This document shows, piece after piece, positions 17,177 to 26,782 of a stretch of DNA of 42,400 nucleotides (within the stretch, counting starts at the first letter, position 1; each line of letters opens with the position of its first letter). The stretch spans positions 1-42,400 of the forward strand of contig JBILKY010000001.1 of assembly GCA_044376395.1 (NCBI GenBank), in the 5' to 3' direction. Both the position numbers and the translations under genes were made by a program. This DNA comes from Chthoniobacteraceae bacterium (GTDB lineage: Bacteria; Verrucomicrobiota; Verrucomicrobiia; Chthoniobacterales; Chthoniobacteraceae). The notes beneath the pieces are model-generated. The model was not told where the DNA came from and did not search any database. It saw only the letters and a program-made list of their open reading frames with translations.

Positions 17177-18244
17177 ATGAAATTCCACCTTCCGCCGTTG
17201 CAAAAAGCCGTTTTAACTGGGTGGATGAGCGCAAGTTTCTCTCTCAAAACGAACGTCCAACTCGGCGTTGTCCCCACCCACATCAAATTTGTCGGAGGCC
17301 TCGTCCCCGATGAACATGGCAAGTTCCCCCGCGACTCGAAGGGCGAACTGCTGATCGTGTCGGAGATGAGAACAGTTTGTGAGTCCTCTGCTGTGCGCCC
17401 AAGTTGCGTGCAGATCCCGTTCTTTGCCTCCGCCGACCCCGGCGATGTCAAAGCGTTAGTGTCCGGGCTCAGGGCGCTGCAGCTGGAGGTGCACTTCATT
17501 ATCATGATCGGGGGTGCGAATCCGATGAATCCAGCGGACGAAGACGCCGTCGTCGGACAATTGGTTACCAGTCTCAAGGCTGCCGTCGAGCACGGCATCC
17601 ACCACGTTTCCTCCACTTCGATCGAGGAATGGATGAATGCGAAGGAAACAAGGCGCGACGGTGCTCTGTTCGAATCAGCGGTTGCGCAGAATGTGAAGAT
17701 CCACCTCCGAGTTTACAACGAGGCTGGCCTCGCGGGTTCCTGCGTCGAAAACTGGCACATCGAGTTTTTGAGGCCTGGTGAGTTTAAAACATTCACGGAT
17801 GTCGAGCGCGGTTGGGCCGTGGTCAAAGCTGCGAACAAGGCTCTTGGAAAGACCTTCTTCAAACTGCTGGTCGACGCGGCGCATTGCGGCGATTCGGGGC
17901 TTTTGATCGCTGAGAACGAAGCGCTCGTTTCAAAACTTGGTGCGGCGCATGAACTCGGGATTTTTCATGCATCTGCGAAAACAACTCGCGGCTGTTTATC
18001 AACGGACGATGGATGGATCGGTGCGATGCTTGCGGCAGCCGCGCGCACCGGTGAACTGCGGCATGTCTTTGTGGAGGTGTTCCATCATGAGGATCCAGCG
18101 CTCGAGCTTTTGCGTAAGATGGATCCGGGTCACGGAATAGACACGCGCGACGGGCGTTCCTACACGGAACTGGTGACAGAGGGCTTGCGGGCCGTCGGCC
18201 ACAGGCTCAATAACCTCGTTGCCCGCGGCATTCTCAAAGGTTGA
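17177..18244 (+). CDS. Hypothetical protein, possibly a xylose-isomerase-like TIM-barrel (sugar phosphate isomerase/epimerase) fold
   Basis: A long clean ORF. Spaced acidic/His residues (WHIEF, VDAAHCGD, FVEVFHHED) resemble metal ligands of that fold. This is inference only. ATG 17177 is preferred to TTG 17132. Confidence 0.5.
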   Translation: MKFHLPPLQKAVLTGWMSASFSLKTNVQLGVVPTHIKFVGGLVPDEHGKFPRDSKGELLIVSEMRTVCESSAVRPSCVQIPFFASADPGDVKALVSGLRALQLEVHFIIMIGGANPMNPADEDAVVGQLVTSLKAAVEHGIHHVSSTSIEEWMNAKETRRDGALFESAVAQNVKIHLRVYNEAGLAGSCVENWHIEFLRPGEFKTFTDVERGWAVVKAANKALGKTFFKLLVDAAHCGDSGLLIAENEALVSKLGAAHELGIFHASAKTTRGCLSTDDGWIGAMLAAAARTGELRHVFVEVFHHEDPALELLRKMDPGHGIDTRDGRSYTELVTEGLRAVGHRLNNLVARGILKG

Positions 18245-18280
18245 GCATTAAAGCGTTGATCAAAGTTTAAGGCAGTCGGC

Positions 18281-18300
18281 TCGCGCGAATTTTCGCGCGA
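18281..18300. terminator. GC hairpin between convergent genes (possible terminator)
   Basis: TCGCGCG-AATTTT-CGCGCGA is a perfect 7-bp stem. It lies between the stop at 18244 (+) and the stop at 18438 (-). There is no clean downstream U-tract on either strand. Confidence 0.3.
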
Positions 18301-18437
18301 ACCAAAAATCCTGCGGCGCTGCCGCTTTCAGTGTTTCCTGAGGGCGGTGCAGATCGCTCTTCCAGTTCTCATTGGGGGGCTGGTCCCAGTAAATCATTGA
18401 ACCAGTGAGCCCAGTGGCGCCTCGCCGGAAGTTTGGC

Positions 18438-19898
18438 TCAGGGCACTGGATTCAAGTCGGTGTTGTAAACCGTCACCTTCCCCAGAGACTCCAAAGATGC
18501 GCGGATTTCTTTCGCTTCGCCCACAACAATAATGAGGGCGTTTTCCGGGTGCAGGTGTTGGTTCGCAGTCTTCTGCAGGAGTTCCGGAGTGACGCTCGAC
18601 ATACGTCGCGCATAGTTCCTGTAAAAGTCTGAGGGCAGTCCGTACAAATCGATGTCCTGCACCCGCTGGGCAGTCCGATCGCTTTTTTCCAGGCTCAGCA
18701 GATAGTTCCCCACGTTGTATTCGCGCTGCAGAGCAAGTTCCTCTTCCGGCACGGGATCTTTCCTGATGCGCTCGATTTCCTTAAGGATTTCGGTCGCGGC
18801 GGGGGCTGTGACTTCGTTGCGTGTTTCTGCGGAGGCCTCAAACGAGCCGCCGTGCTTTTTGAGGTCAAACGCGGAGTAGGCGCCGTAGGTCCACCCGTGG
18901 GTTTCGCGTAGGTTTTGAAACAGCCTTCCTGAAAATCCACCCCCGAGAGTGGCATTCAGCACAAGCACCTCGGGCAGGTCCGGTGTGTTGCGGGCAGCGC
19001 CAGGGTGCGTCACCACAATATTGCTCTGCACCGAGCCCGCACGGTCGATGATATGGATGGATCGCCCTTCGATCTTCGCAAACTCCGGTGATGGTTGCGG
19101 CGGAATCGATGCTTTCACCCAGTTTCCGAACGCTTTCTCAACCAATGGGAGAATTTCCTTCGCCGAAACGTCGCCCACTACAGCGAGCGTTGCGTTGTTT
19201 GGATGAAAATGAGTTTTGTGAAATGCAACCAAGTCGTCACGTTGAATCGCGTTGATGGAATCCGGAGTCGCAACATTTCCGTAAGGGTGTGATCCGTAGA
19301 CAAGCCGCGCGGCAAGTTTCGCGGAGAGAGCCTCGGGTTGCTGTTTTTGGGCCTCCAGCTTTGAGAGCGTCTGCTTGCGTGTCTTCGAGAGCTGTTCCTC
19401 CGCGAACACAGGGTTGCGCACTGCGTCGGTGATGAGTTCCAGCAGCTTTTCTGTGTACTTGTTCAGCGAGGACGCCGTGACGGAGATGGAATCCGGCGAG
19501 GCCGACGCTTCCACTCGGGAACCGATAAAGTCGGTCTGCGTTGCAAACGCAGCGGCGTCACGGGAAGCGGTTCCTCTGTTGAGTAGCGTGGCGGTGAGTG
19601 AGGCTGTCCCGGGCTTTTTCCCGTCAAAGATGCTTCCAGACTTCACCATCAAACGGAAGGTGACGGTGGGCCTTCTGTCATCCTCGATGATGAAGATTCG
19701 CAGTCCGTTTGGCAGGGTGACATCTTTGAATTCGGGAAAAGATGCGGCCGGTGCGGGGCCGGGCGCAGGTTTCTGGGAGCGGTCAACGGCGGCGGCGGCG
19801 CTGTGTAGAAACGCAGCGCAGAATAGCGCGCTGAGCGAGGCGGCGGTGAAGAGGGGAATGATCTGGCGCATGGGAAGGGAGAAGGGTGTTTGTTTCAA
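18438..19898 (-). CDS. M16 (pitrilysin/insulinase) family protein, non-catalytic subunit type
   Basis: Signal peptide and M16 fold layout (LPNGLRIFIIEDDRRPTV...). The zinc-motif position reads SLTATLLNRGT and has no HxxEH. It lies 20 nt downstream of the active paralog. Confidence 0.8.
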   Translation of the reverse strand: MKQTPFSLPMRQIIPLFTAASLSALFCAAFLHSAAAAVDRSQKPAPGPAPAASFPEFKDVTLPNGLRIFIIEDDRRPTVTFRLMVKSGSIFDGKKPGTASLTATLLNRGTASRDAAAFATQTDFIGSRVEASASPDSISVTASSLNKYTEKLLELITDAVRNPVFAEEQLSKTRKQTLSKLEAQKQQPEALSAKLAARLVYGSHPYGNVATPDSINAIQRDDLVAFHKTHFHPNNATLAVVGDVSAKEILPLVEKAFGNWVKASIPPQPSPEFAKIEGRSIHIIDRAGSVQSNIVVTHPGAARNTPDLPEVLVLNATLGGGFSGRLFQNLRETHGWTYGAYSAFDLKKHGGSFEASAETRNEVTAPAATEILKEIERIRKDPVPEEELALQREYNVGNYLLSLEKSDRTAQRVQDIDLYGLPSDFYRNYARRMSSVTPELLQKTANQHLHPENALIIVVGEAKEIRASLESLGKVTVYNTDLNPVP

Positions 19899-19918
19899 GC
19901 TGTCGCGGGTGGCTGCGT

Positions 19919-21313
19919 TTACTTGGACTCCGGCAGGGGAAAGCGCAGGGTGTGGCGTCCGGTTTCCGTGAGGTAGGTTTTGGCCACGCGTTGGAGGTCT
20001 TCGCGCTTCACCTTCAGATAACGTTCAAGTTCGGTGTTCACCAGCGAGGTGTCTCCGTAAAACATGTGGTAATGCGCCATGGCCTCAGCGCGCTCGTGCA
20101 TGGTTCCGCCGGATTCCGCGTACTGTGCTTCGATCGCGTTGCGCGCTTTTTGAAGCTCGTCCGGAGTGACGCCTTCAGCAGCCACTTTTGCAATCTCACT
20201 CTTGAGTACTTGGTCGAGTTCATCGAGCGTGACCCCGGATTGGCCGGTGACTGACAGGGCGAAAACTCCCGCGTTTTCGAGAAGGTAGCAGTATGGAACG
20301 GCGCTCATCGCGAGTCCTTTTTTCTCCACCAGCGACTGGTACAGTCGCGATGACCTACCTTTCCCGAGAATCTGCGCAAGCATCTCAAGTGGGTACGCAT
20401 CCGCATGCGTCTCGGATGGCGCGCGCCAGGCATGCACAATTGCTGGAAGGGGAGTGTTCTTTTTCACCACATCCTTCGACGTTCCCTTGACGTCGAGCTT
20501 CCACTCAAACTTTGGCCGGTCGATTTGCTTTCCTTTTGGGATTGATGCGAAGTAATCCGATACGATTCCGCGGGCGTCTGCCTCTTGGAAATCGCCCGCT
20601 ATGACGAGCGTCGCGTTTTCAGGCCGGTAGTACGTCGTGTGAAAGTCTCGAAATTCTTGGATGTTCGCTTGATCGATGTACTGGAAAGAGCCGATGGGAA
20701 CCCATTGATAGGGCGTGCCTTGAAATACGAGTCCCGCGAGTTCCTCGAACAGGCTCCCGTACGGTTGGTTGTCGTAGGAGCGGCGTCGCTCTTCCTTGAC
20801 GACGGAGCGTTGCGTCTCAACACCCGTCTCGTCAATTCGGGCATGCAGCAACCGCTCGGACTCAATCCAGAGTGCCAGCTTCAACTGATGGGCGGGCAGG
20901 TTGAAATAGTAGTCCGTCTGGTCGAATGAAGTGGATGCGTTCAGGTTTCCTCCGGCGCCTGAGATGTATTTGTCGATGGTGCTACGGGGAATGTGCTCCG
21001 AGCCCTCGAACATCAGGTGCTCAAAGAAATGCGCAAATCCCGTGCGATCCGGGCGCTCGTTTTTGCTGCCCACTTTGTAAAGCATGTAGGTAGAGATGAC
21101 CGGAGCGGAGTGGTTTTGGTGCAGAATCACGTGCAGCCCGTTTTCAAGGTCATATTCTTTGTAGAGAAGCGGCTTGCGGACGCTGCGTGCCTCATCCGCT
21201 GGCCTCGATTCAGTCGGGGCTGGAGATTTCTTTTTCGGGCGATCCGCTGCGTTGGCGTCCGCAAGTCCAGCGTTCAAAATCGATGCAGCGCAGATCAGGG
21301 GGAGGGCTTTCAT
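19919..21313 (-). CDS. M16 family zinc metallopeptidase (active-site type)
   Basis: GFAHFFEHLMFEGS contains the inverted zinc motif HxxEH, and a downstream E lies in LNASTSFDQTDY... There is a signal peptide. Confidence 0.88.
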   Translation of the reverse strand: MKALPLICAASILNAGLADANAADRPKKKSPAPTESRPADEARSVRKPLLYKEYDLENGLHVILHQNHSAPVISTYMLYKVGSKNERPDRTGFAHFFEHLMFEGSEHIPRSTIDKYISGAGGNLNASTSFDQTDYYFNLPAHQLKLALWIESERLLHARIDETGVETQRSVVKEERRRSYDNQPYGSLFEELAGLVFQGTPYQWVPIGSFQYIDQANIQEFRDFHTTYYRPENATLVIAGDFQEADARGIVSDYFASIPKGKQIDRPKFEWKLDVKGTSKDVVKKNTPLPAIVHAWRAPSETHADAYPLEMLAQILGKGRSSRLYQSLVEKKGLAMSAVPYCYLLENAGVFALSVTGQSGVTLDELDQVLKSEIAKVAAEGVTPDELQKARNAIEAQYAESGGTMHERAEAMAHYHMFYGDTSLVNTELERYLKVKREDLQRVAKTYLTETGRHTLRFPLPESK

Positions 21314-21485
21314 GAGAATACTGGTTTCACGATGTCAGGCGACTAGATCCGCCTTGTTTCAGTGGTTGGGGTTGGGTTAGACAATCTGTCGGGAAGCGAG
21401 GGCAGGCGCGGAAAATTGGTTCCGTAGCTCCAATCCTAACGCATCTTGGCCCAGCAACCATCTGGTTTTATCGAACAGGCGGCAA

Positions 21486-22562
21486 ATGTTTTTACTTAGG
21501 GCACGGCGATTGCGAATGATTTCCGGCGTCCAAGTTTCCTCCGGGATGCTTGGATGGCTCTTTGCTTTCATTGTGTGCACCTTTTGGATGGGTTGTGGGG
21601 TGACGCGGGCGGAGGCGGTTCCCGGGAGTTTAAAGCGCTTCGTGTTTGAGAAGGCCGAGATGGGGGTTCCCTTTCGGGTTACCCTTTACGCACATGGAAG
21701 CAGCGAAGCACAGCGTGCAGCACAGGAGGCGTTTGCACGGGTCAGCCAGTTGAATGCGGTTTTCAGTGACTATGACAGCGACTCCGAGTTAAGTTTGCTC
21801 TCCGAATCGAGTGGCAAGGGAAGACCAGTGCAGGTCGGTGCGGATTTGTGGAGGGTATTGGAACGTGCGCTGTACTTCTCCAAAAAATCCGACGGCGCGT
21901 TTGATATGTCCGTGGGCCCGTTGGTGAATTTGTGGCGGACGGCGCGAAGGAAGCGAACGCTCCCGGACCCGGATAAAATTCGGGAGGCGCTTGGGAGGAC
22001 CGGTTATTCTTCAATCCGGCTCGATGAAGCGTCGCAGTCGGTGGAGTTGTTGAAATCGAGAATGCGACTGGACGCAGGGGGCATCGCAAAGGGCTACGCG
22101 ATCCAGGAGGCGCTGAAAGTCCTGGTTAATCTTGGACACAAAGCCTGCATGGTTGAGGGCGGTGGTGATCTGGCGGTCGGTGACGCGCCCCCAGGCACAG
22201 GGGGTTGGCGGGTGAGCATCACCGCTTTGGATCATCAGAATGCTCCTGCACCGCAGGTGTTGGAGCTCACTCACCGAGCTCTGTCCACCAGTGGAGATTT
22301 GTATCAGCGGTTAGAAATCGATGGCGTCCGGTATTCTCACATCGTGGATCCCAGAACGGGCGTCGGTTTGATGGACCATAGTTTGGTTTCTGTACTTGGG
22401 CCGAATGCGATGGATACAGATGCCCTCTCCAAAGTGATCGCGGTCTTGGGCCCCGAGCGAGGCATTCCGATTGCGGAACAGATGGAGGGTGTTTCGGTAT
22501 ATGTGATCCGCGCGCCTGAAGGGCGTCTCGAAGAGTGGCGCAGCGCAAACTGGACGCACTGA
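21486..22562 (+). CDS. apbE: FAD:protein FMN transferase (ApbE family)
   Basis: Carries the GGIAKGYA motif, SGD...Y.HI.DPRTG, and a hydrophobic N-terminal leader (MLGWLFAFIVCTFWMGCG). The start codon is uncertain; there are several in-frame Met. Confidence 0.85.
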   Translation: MFLLRARRLRMISGVQVSSGMLGWLFAFIVCTFWMGCGVTRAEAVPGSLKRFVFEKAEMGVPFRVTLYAHGSSEAQRAAQEAFARVSQLNAVFSDYDSDSELSLLSESSGKGRPVQVGADLWRVLERALYFSKKSDGAFDMSVGPLVNLWRTARRKRTLPDPDKIREALGRTGYSSIRLDEASQSVELLKSRMRLDAGGIAKGYAIQEALKVLVNLGHKACMVEGGGDLAVGDAPPGTGGWRVSITALDHQNAPAPQVLELTHRALSTSGDLYQRLEIDGVRYSHIVDPRTGVGLMDHSLVSVLGPNAMDTDALSKVIAVLGPERGIPIAEQMEGVSVYVIRAPEGRLEEWRSANWTH

Positions 22563-22694
22563 TCTTTTCCGACGTGCTTGTCTGGCGCCGCCAACTGGGC
22601 CAGTCTTTGGAGGCGCGCCCAGTCATGCGAAGATGCGGGAAGGTATGACACGCACAGCCTTGATTGTCCTAAAAAAGGCGGGCATCCTCGCCAA

Positions 22695-23849
22695 ATGTCG
22701 TCGGACGTATCAACTTCTTTCTCGCGTAAAAATCCATTTCCTGCAGTTCACACCGTCAACCGTTTGTTAAGTGGTGCCGGCTCGGAGAAAGAAACGCGTC
22801 ATCACGAACTCTCTCTTCTGTCTTCCGGTCTGGTTTATGAGGTGGGGGATTCGCTCGGAGTTTTTCCAAGCAACGATCCTGGGCTGGTCGAAGAAATTCT
22901 CGGGCTGCTTGGAGCATCGGGAGGCGAGGCTTTTACCGGATCGGATGGCGTTGCAAAGTCCGTGCGAGATGTCTTGCTAAAGGACTTGATCATCACGACG
23001 CCCTCCAAGGAATTCCTTGCGATGCTTGTGGCGCGCGCCGGCAGTGCTTTGGGCGAACTGGCTGCAATGACCTCCGATCCGGCTCGGAAGAAGGAGTTGG
23101 ATGCGTATTTATGGGGGAGGGAGGTCATAGATTTTCTGAGCGATCACCGGGCTCTTGGCTTTAGTATAGAGGAAGTGGTCAAGTCGCTGCGCAAGCTTCA
23201 GCCCCGACTGTACTCGATCGCTTCGAGTCAGAAGGCTGTTGGTGAATCGGTTCATCTCACGATCGCCACCGTCCGCTACGAAAGCGCTGGACGTGCACGC
23301 AAAGGAGTCGCTTCGACATTTCTCGCCGACCGTGCGCCTGAGTCGACGCCCGTTCCTGTCTTTGTTCATACCGCGAAGCATTTTCGTCTTCCAGAGGATC
23401 CCTCGACGCCAGTGATCATGGTGGGGCCCGGTACGGGTGTCGCGCCGTTCAGGGCGTTTTTACAAGAGCGGCAGGCCATCGGCGCGACGGGTAAAAACTG
23501 GCTTTTCTTTGGAGAACAGCGGAGGGCTACCGACTTCCTTTACGAGTCTGAACTGGATTCGATGCGGCAGTCTGGTTCGTTGACCCGCTTCGATGTCGCG
23601 TTTTCCCGTGATCAGTCAGAGAAGGTGTACGTGCAACACCGCATGCGCGAGGCTTCAAAGGAATTGTTTGCCTGGATGGAGGAGGGTGCGCATTTCTTCG
23701 TCTGCGGTGATGGAGCGCGCATGGCGAAGGATGTCGATGCCGAATTACATGCGATTGTTTCGAGGGAGCGCGGTTGTTCCCCAGAACAGGCGGCGGAGTA
23801 CGTGGAGGCTCTCAAGAAATCTAAGCGTTACAAAAAGGACGTATATTAG
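22695..23849 (+). CDS. CysJ/cytochrome-P450-reductase-type FAD/NADPH-binding oxidoreductase module (no flavodoxin domain)
   Basis: Motifs present: NPFPA...SEKETRHHELSL, RLYSIASS (FAD RxYS motif), GPGTGVAPFRAF, YVQHRM, FFVCGD, and a terminal ...DVY. ATG 22695 is preferred over the track start 22578. Confidence 0.85.
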   Translation: MSSDVSTSFSRKNPFPAVHTVNRLLSGAGSEKETRHHELSLLSSGLVYEVGDSLGVFPSNDPGLVEEILGLLGASGGEAFTGSDGVAKSVRDVLLKDLIITTPSKEFLAMLVARAGSALGELAAMTSDPARKKELDAYLWGREVIDFLSDHRALGFSIEEVVKSLRKLQPRLYSIASSQKAVGESVHLTIATVRYESAGRARKGVASTFLADRAPESTPVPVFVHTAKHFRLPEDPSTPVIMVGPGTGVAPFRAFLQERQAIGATGKNWLFFGEQRRATDFLYESELDSMRQSGSLTRFDVAFSRDQSEKVYVQHRMREASKELFAWMEEGAHFFVCGDGARMAKDVDAELHAIVSRERGCSPEQAAEYVEALKKSKRYKKDVY

Positions 23850-24025
23850 TGGGCGTTATCCGCGAATGTTGTTGGATCCGTTGATCACGCGCGCAGCTCC
23901 CTCGGGCGGGCGACAACGAATCTTTCCGGAATCCATTTCAGGGGTTCATTTCATGAGTCCCTCAGGTGCGGAGTAAATCAGGCTCAGGCCAACCCCATCG
24001 GTGTTTGCAAGGCAGCCTGCGCCTT

Positions 24026-26662
24026 TCAGCGAGAGTGAAACTCCTCTGAAATCACGATCAACCGCACCAGATCCGAGAGCCCGGCGCCGTTGCGTTTGCT
24101 CTCTGTAAATAATCGGTCCAGCGTTTCGGCGTCGGCGAAGCTCACCTTTCGGCCCAGTCCGTAAGCGTAGAGGTTTTCCAGCAATCCCCGCAAAAAATCG
24201 TCTCCGCGCGCTGCGAGCAGTTCCTTGAGCTGGAGGAAGCCGTCGAATTGCGGCCCGTCGTGGAAGGCGCCCGAGGCATCGATGGGAAAGGTTTTTTCAA
24301 CCACCTTGCCATGTGGTCCGTCCTTGACCACCCATCCCAGCTTGTAGTGCGGTTCCTCGGTGCGCCAGCGGCCGGCAGCATCGAAGTTCTCGAACCCGAA
24401 TCCGATCGGGTCGATCTTGCGGTGGCATTGTGCGCATTGGGGTTCCTCCTGGTGCGCGTTGATCCGCTCCCGGACCGGCATCGCCTTTTTTTCCAGACGC
24501 GAAAGTTGTGGGACGTTCGGTGGTGCGGGCGGGGGAGGCGAGTGCAGTAGCTTTCTGAGCACCCATGCGCCCCGCTCCACGGGACTCGTGCGTTCTCCAT
24601 TACTACCCATCGCCAAAACCGCCGCCATTCCGGGCAGGCCTCCACGTGGAGAGTTTTCCGGCAGGGCGACCTTTTGAAAATGCTCCCCCTTCGACGGCGG
24701 CAGCCCGTAATAGTCCGCGAGCAACGGATTCACGACCACAAAATCGCTTTTAAGCAGCAAGCGTGCGTCCAGTTTTTCACGGAGCAAATGCAAGAAGGTG
24801 TGATGCACCTCACCGCGTGCAGCTGCACGCGTGCTTTCGTCAAACTCTGGAAACAGCTGGTGGTTGAACCGGAAGAAATCGAGCCGCTCTAGATCCAGCC
24901 ACTGGTGCGTGAACCCCGAGGCGAAGGCGAAAGCCCGCGGATCGGCCAGCATCCGTTTGAGCTGTCCCGCCAAGGCCGCCGGATCCCGCAAGCGCCCGGC
25001 CTTCGCCGCTTCAAGCAGGGTGTCGTCCGGCGCGCTGCTCCAAACGAAATACGAAAGCCGGGAAGCCACCTCCAAATCTGTGAGCACGCGACGCGCTACG
25101 TCTGTTTTCGGGGGCTCATTGAGGTAAAGAAACCCCGGGGAAGCAAGCACCACCGCCATGGGCTCCGCCAAGGCCTGCACCCAAGATTTTCCAGCCCGCA
25201 TTTCCAGCGCGTGCAAATCCATCAGGCGGTCCACAAACACCGGCTCAGGCTCAACTCCCCGGAACGTGCGGACCGTGAAATGGTGGAGCGTTTTCCTGAG
25301 CGTTTCTGGGTGCGCGTCTTCGGGTGGTTTTTCCACGCCAAAAAGCCGTCGCCAGCGCTCGGGATCCGCGGGCTCGGGGAGCGGCCCTTCCCACTCGAAC
25401 CAGTCCACCCACAAAGCAGGATCCAATCCCACGCCGTTGGTCGCTTTTGCGAGCGACTGGCGGAAAGTCTCCGAGGCACGGTCCGCGTGACGTTTCTCCC
25501 GGAATGTGAAGGTGCGGTTGCCGCTCGGCGCGATCTCCACGGGAATTTCGAGCAGTTGCGGCCGCTGGATGGAGCCCGTGATTTGGAGGAGGCGTAGCAC
25601 CTCGAAGTTCTCCGCATCCGGCGCAACGCCCATTTCCATAAAGCGCCGGGCGAAGGGAGCTTTTTCGGAGGCGCCAACCATCAACCGCAACACATACCGG
25701 CCCGGGGGCGCGTCCGCTGGGATGCTCACTTTTTCGCTGTCGTGCAAATTCGAGCTCGAAAACATCAACCACGCCCCTTCGTCCCCTTTGGGCAGGGCTA
25801 AGTACTGCCCGAGATACGGCCCCATCTCCGAGTAGGTGCGTATCCGGAACTTCGCCTCGTGTTCGTCTGGAAAGCCGAAATCCTTTGCCCTTTCGGGCTT
25901 CGCACCCGCAGCCTCCCACTCCTTCGCCTTCCGGTAGCCGCCCAGAAAATAGCCGTTCAGAAGACCCGCAATCTGCCGGCGCGCTGCAATCTCCGGCTCG
26001 GTGCGCACCGATTTTTTTTCCGGCCCGGGCCGTGCTGAGCGATCCCACGCTGCCAGCGCCCGCTCTGCGGCCTGCCTGCCGATTGCGTGATATTGTTCAA
26101 ACTGGTCGCTCGACACAAACAGCGCAGCGCCGAAGGTGTCGAACTCCCCCTCAGCGTTCCCGATAGCCAGACTGTCGTCGGGCAGTGCGCGCACGTCGGC
26201 CTCCACGCCCAGCAGATCCCGCAGGGTATGCCCCAGTTCCCTTCGATTGACACGGCGCAGAACAGTCGCGCGGCCCGCATCCCCGATCGACTTTCGCGCC
26301 GCCACAAGCGTTTCGGAGAGCGCTTCCAGAAAACGCGTCTTTGCACCGCGCTCCGGCTGCTTGGAATCTTCCGGAGGCATCTCTCCCGAATTGATTTGGT
26401 TGAGAATCTTCTGCCAGCGGTCGGCGTTTTCCACCGAATCGAGCACGAACGAAACATTGTCCAAACGGAGTTTGCCTTTTTGTTTTTCCACGCCGTGACA
26501 CTCCACGCAGTACGACTGGAAAAACTCCCGGTGTTTTTCGTCGAGGTGCGCCTTGGGAGCTTCCTTTGGCGTCTCAGCCGCTTGCAGAGGCCCGCGCATC
26601 CCATGCATTCCGCAAAAGCAGAGCAGGGAAATCCAGAGCATCAGTGATTGAATTCGATTCAT
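24026..26662 (-). CDS. DUF1592-type multi-domain protein (PSD/PSCyt family set: DUF1587/1595/1592/1588/1585) with two heme-c motifs
   Basis: 878 aa with a signal peptide. CVECH lies near the N-terminus and CAQCHRKIDPIGF near the C-terminus. The architecture is the same as 29965-32580, and the gene is adjacent to a DUF1552 gene. Confidence 0.8.
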   Translation of the reverse strand: MNRIQSLMLWISLLCFCGMHGMRGPLQAAETPKEAPKAHLDEKHREFFQSYCVECHGVEKQKGKLRLDNVSFVLDSVENADRWQKILNQINSGEMPPEDSKQPERGAKTRFLEALSETLVAARKSIGDAGRATVLRRVNRRELGHTLRDLLGVEADVRALPDDSLAIGNAEGEFDTFGAALFVSSDQFEQYHAIGRQAAERALAAWDRSARPGPEKKSVRTEPEIAARRQIAGLLNGYFLGGYRKAKEWEAAGAKPERAKDFGFPDEHEAKFRIRTYSEMGPYLGQYLALPKGDEGAWLMFSSSNLHDSEKVSIPADAPPGRYVLRLMVGASEKAPFARRFMEMGVAPDAENFEVLRLLQITGSIQRPQLLEIPVEIAPSGNRTFTFREKRHADRASETFRQSLAKATNGVGLDPALWVDWFEWEGPLPEPADPERWRRLFGVEKPPEDAHPETLRKTLHHFTVRTFRGVEPEPVFVDRLMDLHALEMRAGKSWVQALAEPMAVVLASPGFLYLNEPPKTDVARRVLTDLEVASRLSYFVWSSAPDDTLLEAAKAGRLRDPAALAGQLKRMLADPRAFAFASGFTHQWLDLERLDFFRFNHQLFPEFDESTRAAARGEVHHTFLHLLREKLDARLLLKSDFVVVNPLLADYYGLPPSKGEHFQKVALPENSPRGGLPGMAAVLAMGSNGERTSPVERGAWVLRKLLHSPPPPAPPNVPQLSRLEKKAMPVRERINAHQEEPQCAQCHRKIDPIGFGFENFDAAGRWRTEEPHYKLGWVVKDGPHGKVVEKTFPIDASGAFHDGPQFDGFLQLKELLAARGDDFLRGLLENLYAYGLGRKVSFADAETLDRLFTESKRNGAGLSDLVRLIVISEEFHSR

Positions 26663-26782
26663 CCTTTTTGAAAAAGTGTTTTTGAAGCGCAGGCCGCCGT
26701 TCTCAGGCGTGAAAGCGAGTTTTGATGCTTCGCAATCCCGCGCAACCTTTCAAATCGGCGCGCGAGGGCCTGGTGAAACCAG

